64,000 bases of DNA from Entomortierella parvispora E1425 (taxonomy: Eukaryota; Fungi; Mortierellomycota): assembly GCA_020891255.1 (NCBI GenBank), contig BQFW01000010.1, forward strand, positions 1,364,001 through 1,428,000, given 5' to 3'. The notes beneath the pieces are model-generated. The model did not search any database. It worked only from the letters and a program-made list of their open reading frames with translations, and was not told the origin of the DNA. This document shows, piece by piece, positions 38,766 through 50,123 of the stretch (position 1 is its first letter; each line of letters starts with the position of its first letter). The position numbers and the translations under genes were made by a program.

Positions 38766-40799
38766 TGCCTCCTTTGTCTGATACTGATCGCGTCATAAGT
38801 GTCTGCGAAGACAAACTCGGCGTCATCCCCAAGCCCGAGCAATTGGACGTTCTCCGATCCATTATTGATCGGAGAGATTGCGTCTTAATTGCCCCCACAG
38901 GTTGGGGGAAAAACTCTGGCCTTCACTCTTCCACTATTTCTGTGGAGTGACGCTGCCATCCTTGTAATAACACCTCTTAAGGCTCTTGGCATCGAACAAA
39001 GAGACAAGCTCAAGAATCTCAACATCGAATGTGTCAGTATCACGGAGGATGATAAGGATATCAACGCCTCCAAAGTCCTCCAAGGTGGATATCGGGCAAT
39101 TTTTCTATCTCCAGAGATGCTTCTTGAATCCAAACGATTAAAGGGTCTTTGGGAAAACAGCAAATGGGCTGAAAGCATACGCGCTGTTGTTGTTGATGAA
39201 GCCCATTGCATCCACGCCTGGGGATCGTCATTTCGCCACGCTTTTGGGGAGCTTGCTAAGTTGCGCTACAGGCTAAACAATCGAGCACCTTTCATAGCTG
39301 CCTCGGCTACACTTCCCAGATCAATTTTGAAGACTACAATACTATCACTGGACATGATGAATCCGACTATCATCAACATCGGTAACGATCGACCCAATAT
39401 CATGTACAAGGTCACTTCATTTAAGGAGGCCGTATCATCATTTAAAGATCTCCTTTTCTTGAAGGACAAGGCCAAGACCATCGTTTATTTCGACAACCGG
39501 GATTTAGCAGAGCAAGCTGGACACCTTCTACGCACTTGGTTCGGCCAAGAACAAGTTCGGGTGTATCATGGTTTCAAAACCGATGATCTCAAGAATCGTC
39601 GCATGAAGGAGTTCCGTGAAGGCAAATATCCTATTTTGCTAGCAACGGAAGCCGCAGGTATGGGATGTGACATTAGGGATATCGCTCGTGTTGTCCAGTA
39701 TGGCTACCCTCGGGATATAAATTGTCTTTTTCAGCGATTTGGACGAGCTGCAAGGGACGGCACAATCCAAGGATACGGTATATTTTTGGTCCCAAAATCG
39801 GCACCAAAAGTTACCCCCAAAAAAAAAGATCCCGTTCAGCAAGATCTTAAAGACCTTATTGACCTAGCGAACTCTCCTGGATGTATCCGAAAGTATTTTA
39901 ACGATTACTACGGGAACGAGCACGTCCCAGTTACGGACGTGTGCTGCAATATCTGCAATCCGGATGAAGCTGATGACAAGGACGAGTCGTCAACAATTCA
40001 GCCAGCAGACAAGGCATCGAAACGAGAGAAATGGGATAAGAATGAGGCGGAACAAGTCCGGAATGCGCTGATAGTATGGAGGGATAATATGTATGACTTG
40101 CACTTTAAGGGCCGCATGCACGACACAGAACAAACGGTCATGACCGACTACATGTTAAACAAGACCGTCAAGAAGTACAAGAGTATAATTGCTGCCAGAT
40201 CAATCGACATGCTATACTGGGACCCACTGAATGAAACATATCCAAGCCAGGTGCTAGAGATCATCATGGGTTTGGGCAAGCAATTCTTGGAGGAGAAGGA
40301 CGAGAAGGAAAAAAAAAATCGCCAAGAAAAGGAGCGACGGCGGCAATTTGGAATGGCCCCATCTTTTCAAATTCCTCCTTTGATCAGTGCCACAACGGAT
40401 CAGCAGGAAATGCAAGTCGTTTCCACAGCCAGTCGCGACCAGCAACAGTCAGACCAACTAATAAGTGAAGATGAAATGGAGATTCATTCGCTGCAGGACG
40501 GCTATGGCCAGCGGCAGATTGATCAAAACCTTCCACCGCAACAAGTCAAGGAAAGCAAAAATCTCACGCAATTGCTGCTTAAACCCCCGAAAACACCTCC
40601 AAAAAAAACGAAGGCGATACGAAAAAAGGGAGGAACAGCAACAGAGAACAACCCTTCGTCTAAACAAAAGGAACTCAAGGTAATCCAATATTTTCTTCCG
40701 CCATCACCACAGAGAAGCAATCAAGTTCAAGACAATACTTCCACGCCTCCTACAATATCAATTATTCAACATTTCGGCCCCTCTGCTCTGAAGCGGTGA
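38765..40799 (+). CDS. Transposon-encoded RecQ-like SF2 helicase, with one +1 frameshift in A5 at 38909-38913 (677 aa if repaired)
   Basis: LIAPTGWGK/TL Walker A spans the shift; ITPLKAL, FLSPE, VVDEAHC, SATL, YHG, LLATEAAGMGCD, VVQYG, QRFGRAARDG; Zn site CIRKYF...CCNIC; HRDC-like segment. Confidence 0.9.
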
Positions 40800-41385
40800 C
40801 AACTATAACAGCACTTCAAATAGAAATAAAAAAAACCTCGCTCATGAAAGTCGAGGAGGTGGAGGTATACTACCGGCAGCCTGCACAAACGTTGCAGTTG
40901 GGCAAGGGGACTGGGACTGGGCGAAAAAGAGGAACCGGTGCACTGCGTCTCTCAAAAGAAAAAAAGCCAGTGCGCCGAACTGGTTCACTGCTCTCACTCA
41001 ATTTTTTTTTCTTCATTTTTTCCCTGGACCAATTTATTGAGGCTGAGAAGGGTCGAAACAAGAAAACAGAGACCTCAAAGAGTAGTATGAGAAAACAATG
41101 TCACCAACACCAGTGACATCCCTTGGAGGATTGGAAGCAAAAGAGAGGAGAGGGATCTGTATTTCAGCTCAGGCTGCGTACGATCAAAGCAATGGACCGA
41201 GAAAAATTTCCGGAAAAAAAAAAAATCACTAGAACCACGGTTCCAAAAATGTGCGCCGACCTCGAAAAAAAATGAGAACCGAAGTACACCACAGAGTGGT
41301 CCCAATCCAATGGACAGATACTTGTCGGCAGGGGCGCCGTGTGGCTCTGCGGTTAGATGTACATTGCAGGGAGGTGCTGCTTTAT

Positions 41386-43813
41386 TTAACAAAAGTTATT
41401 TTCAACGAACTCGTCCAGGTCGAATTGTGAGATGTCGAATTCAGGAAACTCTAGTGCTTCATCATCAGCAATTGTAGGGCGTTCCTCGTCCATCTCAGCA
41501 TCTTCCTCCTCCTCCTCCATCTCGACATCCATCTCACCAGCGTCTTCATTACAATAGCGACCACAGCATTTCTTGAAAACAGCAATTCGACGCTTATCTA
41601 CAATATTATTGCGTCCCTCTGCCAAAAGATCTCTCACAGCAGGAACCACAAGATCAGGAGATATATCGTCATGCGTGAAAAAGCCAGCCTCGATGCACCG
41701 CTGCTTAATTATATCGATGTCCGCCACAGAGGATGGAGCTGAGTGGTTGGTTCCACAATGAGGCGTTTTGAACATTTTCTCGACCGTCCTCGCAATCTCC
41801 TGGAACGTGCGAACGTTTGGCGCAATTTTTTTCTCTAAAATACCCCAGTTCAGATTGCTGGACTTTTGCCGCGTGTCTGATTTTTGTAAGAAGATTGTTG
41901 TGCTCTTGATAAAGGTCGGTGGGTATCCATCTGTTTGGTTGTCCAGTAGTATTAACTAGCATCGAGGATAATATGGTATTCCTATCCTCTGTCTTCCAAG
42001 AATAAAAGAGGCCACAGTGAAGTCGTAGAAGCTCATTTGCGTAGTTTCTATTGCCTCCAGCTTGAAAGGTCAAGGTAAGCCATCGGATCATCTCCAGAAT
42101 TCGCCCTATATCCCCTGCTTTGATCGCTGATCCCAGCTCAATGTAGAACAGCATGTCCCGAATGAACAACGCGGCGTTGACTGACTGCTGATTTGCCATG
42201 CCACCAAGGCCTGTTGCTGTCAAATATTGGCCGATGATACCGTCAACCTTATCCATGACATCCATTGATGAGTGAGGCATCTGTCCGGAGGACTTGCTGG
42301 ACAATTCCTCTTCACTCTTGAGCTTGATTTCCCAAATGAGCAAGACTATGGCATCAAAAACATGGCGAAGAAATTCATCAAGATCATGGAAACTAGACTT
42401 GTCTGGGCTGATCCGCTTTTTTTCCAAGGCCGCGACGAAGGAGCTGAGCGATCCAGGTGTTGTTCGAGTGCCCCAGTGCGTCTTCAAAATTGTTGATGCC
42501 AGAACCATCTGAAGATGAAAAAGTTGAAGGACAGGGATTGCCCATTCCACACGGTAGTACGCCAAGTCCTCATCCCATCGTAATCTTGCTACACTTCGTA
42601 TTCTGGCCAAGGTGAGTTGATCTCCTGCAACAACAAGACGCGTCTGATCAAAGAAAGTCTCTGGCGAAAGCTGAAGCACCTTCATGATCTTGTCAAGAAT
42701 ATCCCTGTTGCCTTCCACGGTTGACTGGTCAATGTGCATGGATGGAAGTGGGTAAGCTTTGGTTCTCTCCACTTTGAGTTTGTTCTTGACTGGCTCAGGA
42801 ATAGGGTTTTTGAGAGATATGGTTCCTCGTCTTCGCAGCGCCTCAATCAGATGATAACGGTATGTTTCCTTCAAATGATTGTCCTGTTCTTTGGAGGGGT
42901 ACAAATCGGAGGCACGTATATGCCTCGTGGCATCTTGCACCCCTTCAACAGCAGGCATCTCAGAAGTGAGAATTGCCGTCGCTGTGGCACCATTTTCGAA
43001 TGAATCTTTGTTTGTCGTTCTCTGATTGTAGCGCCGAAATGCCATGTTGATGTTATCGTACACAATCATGAACGGTTGTTTCCTGTCCTTCAAAATTGAC
43101 TGGATTTTTTCTAAATGTGCCGTGGTCAGATGATCCAAGCCCTCCATAATCCAGTCAAAGCTATTGCTGAGTCCAGCTCTTTGGAGAACACTGACCAACG
43201 ACTTTGTAGCACCCTGGCTATAAAAGTAGAGACTGAAGATACCTTGGAGGAAATTTGCCCGTCTATTCCACGTCCTGAGGACGACACTGGCGACTACAGG
43301 GACGGCGGGGATTTCTGGTTCGAAAGGTGAAAGCCTCTTGTCGTTTATGAGACCACGCAGCAAGGCTAGGGATATGGGGGCATGCCCCTCCATTTCTCGC
43401 AGGATATTTTCGAGGCGGAACTGTTCCAGAGCTTCCCCGGTTACTGCAGTGGCAGGGAGCCCAATATTCATGGTATGGCTGGCTCGTTCGATTTCTGGCC
43501 GTGCGAACTTCAGCACGAAATCCATGGCAGAAGTCAATAGAGTTTTAGAATGGTCCTTCTTGATGCTGTCCTTCCAGATATCGAAGCAACGGGCGGGGCA
43601 TCCATGTGCGAGGAAGTGATCAACTTTTCTTTTCACCACAATGTCATCTGAATTGAGACAGGCTTCAATGAACGAACCAAACGAAAGCCCGCAATCTCTG
43701 ATATACTCTAGAATAGCAACGAGATTTTTGCCTTGGTCCTCAGAGACAGGCCTCTCCTTTGGTTGTTTGACCCACTGGCTTCGGGGAATGCGACGATGAA
43801 GAGATGTGACCAT
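41386..43813 (-). CDS. Academ/DUF6589-type DDE transposase, with one +1 frameshift near 41864-41885 (808 aa if repaired)
   Basis: IVYDNIN (D), AGDQLT (D), LFHLQM, TDLYQEHNN (E). The family-like C-terminus SSNLNWGILEKKIAPNV...GTNHSAP..DI and the acidic tail continue in the next frame (ORF 41386-41775). Confidence 0.85.
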
Positions 43814-43916
43814 ATTTTTTTTTCGTGGGGGGGGGGGGCTGTCAACAGGACGGGAGAACTGATATCGGCCGTTAGAACAATGATTTTTTCATCAAACGCG
43901 AAAAAATCGCGAACTT

Positions 43917-44469
43917 TACTAGCGTGATACCAATTGGACGGGATATGAGGACGGAGGGATCAATTGAAGAGCGGGGGGATCAATTGAGGACTGGGCTTTT
44001 GGTGTAGAAGAGGGAATAGCTGTTAGTTTCCATGGCCAGAGCGTGCTAGTTCATATATTCGTGTCCATGAAGGCGTACCTGGAGCACTTTTCTCAGCGAA
44101 AACAAATAACCTGAGAGACGGGGAACGGCGGAGGCGCTTTGTATGAAGGTCGTCAAGAGAGCGAGAACGCACTGAGAGTGGAAGATTGCGATGGAAACAG
44201 GGGAATGGGAGGGGAATGGGAGTGGAATGGCAAGGCGACCATAGATTAATGGTGCGAGATGAGGTGAATGATGAAGGGAGGATGAGCAAAACTGAGCTGT
44301 TTTTCGACTTTGCCGTTATTTTTTTGACAGAGCTCTGCAGGGTCATAGTGGAAACCTTACTTGCCGACCAGCCCCTCTAGAGGTTTTCAGTGAGAGCTGC
44401 CTAAAAAGGCAGGTGCGTCAGCACTTGTGACTCACCTGTGAACCGGCGGAGGGGATGGTGACGAGACTA
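43917..44469 (-). repeat. Right terminal inverted repeat (553 bp)
   Basis: Reverse complement of 38213-38765. Confidence 0.96.
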
Positions 44470-44478
44470 CATTTTGAA
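44470..44478 (+). repeat. Right target-site duplication CATTTTGAA
   Basis: Identical to 38204-38212. Confidence 0.95.
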
Positions 44479-46329
44479 GACGAAAGCGGACATCGAGTCA
44501 AGCTCGGATCCGAAAAGGGCAAACAGGCGGAGGATGACAGTGACACCCTGTCCAACCCCTTTGTCCATCTGCCCACCCATCCTGCCCTGGAGAGCCCAAA
44601 AAAGGTTTCGTTCCAGTTGGACAGATTTTTGAGGATGCATCTTTATTTGGGGCACCACACCAATCACATCAACGGTGCTCACTTCTTCCTGGGAACAAAT
44701 GACAGCTTGTACGTACTGTTGCAATGTTGATAGCTTTGGATGCTATGAAAATAGCAGAGGTACAGGTACACAAACAAGTAATATTTTCTTATAGGCGCGA
44801 TCTACGGTCATCTCCAGTTTGTGGCGCCGACAGGGAAGACAGCAAGAGCGTGTGCAAGAGAGGGAGGGGCCGCAGGTTGAAAGGGCCGTCAAGCAGATCG
44901 GAGGATGGACATGCACGATGCGTGACAGATGCAATTCCCCTTTCCTACATCCGAGGGGACGGCCAATGGGCTTTCACGAAAGGAACCATTTTTACATAGA
45001 CCTGTACCTGAGCTTGCCTACAATACATAATGTATTGCAATACAGTAATTTCACAGATTGGCACGAGGACACGTTCAATCTGCTGGTATGTCTTCATGGC
45101 CGGAATCATTGCCGAGGTGTCGGCCACTCAGATGCCGCTCCCCTTTTGTTCGTGTGTACATTTCCTTTTCCTTTTTTTTCTCTTGGCAGAGGTATCGGAT
45201 CTTGTTGCCGTCATGAAGAGAGGTATGCTCGTAAAGGCATTTGAGTGGGTCAGTCCGGAGAGGAGTTCGAATGTCCACTTCAGCTGCAGTGGGCGCTCGA
45301 GTTGATTCTAGGGTTGCCCCTGCTTGCTCATTGGACGATCAACCCTCGGATCACAGCATCGTGAAAAAAGAAGGGGGCAGCTAGCAGCGCCAAGATGTCG
45401 GGCACCAGTGCCGTGAGAACCTCCTCCCCATTCCCGCATTGGACCCCGACAACAAATAGGAAGCCAGCGCCACCTATGAAGAGAACCCGAGAAGACCAAA
45501 CGGCACTGTTGGGCTGAAGGAATGCGCTAACTCGCCTCAGCAAATGGTATCTCATCCGATTGAATGAAGCCAACATCAAAAGCCATGCGTACACAGACCC
45601 AACTACATATATTTGCATCTGAGCTATAACAGAAGGCCATAGAGCAATCCTGCCTCCCCACGCAAATTGGAAATGGAAGGCTGTGGGGCGCCTCATTTCT
45701 AGTTTTGATCAAGGTTCAATTGGGTTGATGAGATGCTGTCATTGTCCAGCTGGACTCGTTTATTGGTAGGTCTATCTTCTCTCTCTAGGTCAACGGTGCG
45801 CATGTAGAAGCTTGCCGTTGGCGTCTTCTTAGGCGTTTTCGTGTCTTTTTTCGCTTTAAACACTTCAATAACGCCTTGTCGTTGAGGAGCACCCTGTTCT
45901 CGCCCTTTTGATTATCCGCCAAAGGGCAAGATTGTCACGCAAGCAAGGAGGCAGTAATGGACGGAGAAAACAGGAGAACTGATAGAAAGGGGTACCAGGC
46001 AGGCTAAATGCAATCATCGTTTGTTCTCTCTCTATACTGCAGTAGATGACAGCTCCTCTTTGAACCCTTCCTTGCGTTTCTCCTGACCGCTCAGCTGAAG
46101 CGTTTTTTTTTTCCCTTTTTTTCTTTCTTGCTCTGAGGCCAGGGGGAAGCAACAAACTATCCTGCAGATCTTCATTTCTGAAGAACAGCGTAAGCATGGC
46201 TTATGATCGATTGCGCAAAGCAAATGTTGTTATTGTTATTGTCAAGTAATGTACAGTTTATTATTGATGTCGAGAGACGATAATTACAACAGTTTGCGAG
46301 GAGAGCAGAAGTAGAGAATCTGGCGATTT

Positions 46330-48715
46330 TTAAACGCCACCTGTCCAAGCACCCCTGGCGGCACCGCAACGATCGATCGAGAGGAAGGGAGCATTGTCAC
46401 CATCATCTGTGTAATGGTTGGCCCACCAAGAGGGAATAGTGACAGACAGTTTGGGAGAGATACCACCGCCGAGGAACAAGAAGATAATCAATCCTGTGAA
46501 AGCAGCACCAGTATCCAAGGCAGCCGACAAGATGAAGACATACTTCTTCCACCATCCCTTGTGGTAACGGAAGATGTAGTACTGGAAGATAAGAGCAACA
46601 ATCAAGGAAGGCAAGACACCGACGACATATCCGTTGGGGAAGGCACCCATACCGCCGGCAATAATGGCGACGTTGAACTTGGACCACTGGATGGAGGGGA
46701 ACTTCTTGGAAAGACCCCAGAGAATCACAGGGATGACAAAACCGATCAAGAAACCGAGGTAGACGAATCCGTACTTGCCATCCAGGGCAAACATACGAGC
46801 AGGGCCGAGAGCACCGTAGATCAAACCAGAACCCCAGAAAGTCTGAACGCGCTGACCAGTCCAAAGACCAGATGGGTCTTGCTTGTCTCCGTTAAGGACT
46901 TCACGCTGCGAGTCAATGATGAGGATCATAGTCAGATAGTTAAAGATACCACCGACAATGGTACCCCAGAACTGGGCAATAAACATGGATCTGGGAGGGA
47001 TCTTCATGTAGTGACCGAGTTTCAAATCTCCGAGGAGATTCATGCATTGGTACATGGCCATGTAACCATAGCACTTGAAAACCATGTTGGCAATGGGCTT
47101 GCCAGGGAGCATGTAACCGCAGACCAACTCAGTAATGACATTCAAACCTGGACCAAAGCCAGTGATGGCAGTCATGGCACAGATGGGGAGAGTAAGGAGC
47201 CAGCCGAGGACCAAGGAAATAATCAAGCCCCACCAAGGCAACTGGAGATCATAGACTTCGCAGACCATGATGGAGAGACCAGCCATGATCAAGTAAAAGA
47301 TGGCGTACCAGTACTGAGGGACCTCGGGGTAGACCTGCATCAGCTTGGTATGGATATCTTCATCCTCGCCACCAATTGCTTGGCGCCAGTTACGCCACAA
47401 GTCTTTTCCGTGGAAGCAGATGATATGGGAGACACAGCCAGCCAGAGCAATGAAGGAGGTCATAAAGCCGATAGCGTACAAAGGTGACATGTTGGCCTGA
47501 GGTCCAGCGTTGTAAGCAGCGTCGTTGACGGTAAAGTCGCTGTTCAAGACGGTCTTGATGTCGAACCCTGTGCCGTTCTCAAAGAAGAGACGGGAAGTCA
47601 AGGGGCGGCCCATGGTTTTGGTACCGAGGGCATTGGTCATCCACATGATGGGCAACAAGATCCAGTAGTTAACGATCATACCGCCATAGTTGCAAAGCTG
47701 AGCTGCCAAGGGGTAGTACATTGTGGCACCACCAACCGAAGTCCAGTCAAAAGACATGGCCAGGACACCGCCACCAGAGATCGAGGAAAAGATGGCCCAG
47801 AAGTCCTTGTTGAAGGGGTTGATCCAGCACAGCCAGTCAAAGTAGACCAGTGTGGGGGCAATCCATTGAGGAATAAACTCCCAGATGAACATGCCGCCGC
47901 AAAAGACCCAGAAGTACTTCATGTAGGACCATCCGCGGATCATCTTTTGGTTGGCAAAATCATCCGTCTTGTGCATGGCGTTATAAAAGACGACCTGCAC
48001 CAAGTTGCTCCACCAGACCATCTCAGCGGGGTAGACGAGGTACTTGCGGAGGACACCGGCCATACCGTATCCAACACACTGCGTGGTAATGATGAGAAGC
48101 AGAGAGCCAAGCGCGCCAATGCGGTGGTCAAGGAAGAGATCAGTGGCGGACAGGATATCAATGGCGTAGGCGGCACCAGCAGCAGTCGAAACAGCAATAC
48201 CGATCAGGCAATGCTCCTTGATGTTGAAAGGACCGGGGTTCAAAGAGAAGGAAAATCCACCGAGAGAAACAGATGTGGAAGGCAAGGTTCTTGCCATGGC
48301 CTTTCCGATGGCATAGGAGGCCAAGTTGACAAAGAAGATGGAGAAGGATCCGGAGGTAGAGCGGTAAAAGTAGTACTGCTGGATGACAGAGCCGATTACG
48401 CTGAACAGGAACGAGATGACCCAGAAGCGGAAAGTGACGGCAACCAGCGTGGGATCATCCGTGACGGGGACCACTATTTAGAGAAAGAGGGGGGTGGAAG
48501 GGGGCTTGTTAGCAAAAAAAAAAAAAAAAAGAGGGACATGTGTACGACCCATGGTACGGTTCGCGGATGTCGAAGCAGCCCCTCTTCTTACCAAGGCGAA
48601 CGGCTTCGATCTTAGAGTTTTCAACTTCAGGTTCCTCGATGGCTTCGATCGTCTGGGCCTCAAGCCCCTTCTCGTCAACGGCCTTTTCAGGTTCGTGTTC
48701 GTATTTATCGCTCAT
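46330..48715 (-). CDS. OPT: Oligopeptide transporter, OPT family (paralog 5); intron 48474-48591
   Basis: MSDKYEHEPEK...ENSKIEAVRL|VVPVTDDP; intact 714-aa second-exon ORF with NPGPFNIKEH and KIPPR. Confidence 0.96.
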
Positions 48716-50123
48716 GGCGGTACTGAGTATTGGGAAGTAGAAAGATGAAACCGCTAAGTATGTATAGAAGAATGGATAGTGGAGAGGAGGTAGGGTATAG
48801 AGGAAAAGAAACAAGCAGGCGAGAGAAGAGGAAGAGAGAGGAGAAGAGAGGAGAGGGAAGAACACGAGTCGGTTGATGGAAAAGGGAAAAGTAGCGCGCT
48901 GTGTCTTTTTATACTGGACCAGCTGGCCTCTGGCATGCACAGGGCAGACAGGACAGACCGTGTCCAAATTGGTGCGAGGGAAGGGGCATTGGACGTTCCC
49001 TTCCCCCCTGAGAGCCACACCGGCCCTCCAATGGTACAATGCGGATGGCGGATAGGATGCAACCACTGACAGGCAGCTCTCCAAGGAAGAGGCAAACTTT
49101 GCAATAGAGTCCAGTCCTCGGTTGTGAGGAAAAAACTTATTTTTACCCAGGATCAGCGTACTGCTAAGCATTGAGTCAACGCGATTCTCAGCCTGGACGA
49201 ATCGCAGCCAGCGCTGCCTGAAAGGGGGCACCTGACAGCCAGGACAGCCAAAAGCTTATCCGTTCAAACCCTCTCGTCCTTGGCGCCTCAACCAACGGGG
49301 GAAGGGATCTACAGTCAGTTGAGATCGTCACTGAGTCTATCGTGGTTGCTTCGTGTTCAGCGCTGTCATACAGCACCATGCATGGTACATACATGTACAT
49401 CATCCTTGATCACAAACCAAAGATGTCAGCGAGCAGAAACACGGGTGAACAAACACACACCCAAGAGGCGGTATGGTCTGCCCTGACAGAGAACAAGAGC
49501 ACACGGCGATCTCCTCTGAGCTTTTCTTCACTCTCCCCGACACCAAAAAAAAAAAAAAGAAAGAAAGAAAAAGATTTCTTTCCCGGTGTGAACTTGCATC
49601 TGCAGCTGATTGGACCCCCAGCCCTCCGAGGGGCACGTCATTGTTAAGGTTTTTCGTTTTGGTTCCTGTCTGTTGGCAAGAATGGCAATTGGGCAACTGT
49701 CGACAGAGACAACAAGGTTCGATACGGCGAAGAATGACCCACTCGCCATCCCGTCCTTCGGCGTTGGCTCTCACGGTACTGTACTGTACTGTACCGAAAA
49801 AGACGAAAAACTTATCCGACAGGCGCAGCTGGGTCAGATTAGGGCAGGTGTGTTGCTCTCTTGATCCAAGAAGAGGAGAGGAGTGACACTAGCCTCGAAC
49901 TCTCGGAAACCATTCCGGATAAGAGTACATATACCTCGTGAATCACGCCTTTGCTCACCTCCAATTGGGGAGCGACCATCCCTCCTCCATCACCCTCTCC
50001 CCCTCCACTTGTGTTTTATGGGTAATTAATAATGGCTGGTGGACGCGACGCGGATATCACTCAAGGCATGGCAGAAGGATAATGTCAATGGTTTATATAT
50101 TTCAATGAATAAAAACTACAGTA

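Larger units (their letters stand above)
38213..44469. mobile_element. Complete helicase-encoding DNA transposon, Academ superfamily (AcademH type), 6,257 bp
   Basis: 553-bp TIRs (TAGTCTCG...CGAGACTA), 9-bp TSD, convergent RecQ-like helicase and DDE/DUF6589-type transposase. This combination matches the published description of AcademH as I recall it. Confidence 0.9.

Noticed and set aside
38903-38914. GGGAAAA resembling a -1 ribosomal frameshift heptamer in the helicase
   Set aside because: It is not in X XXY YYZ phase with the upstream frame, and the shift needed is +1, not -1.
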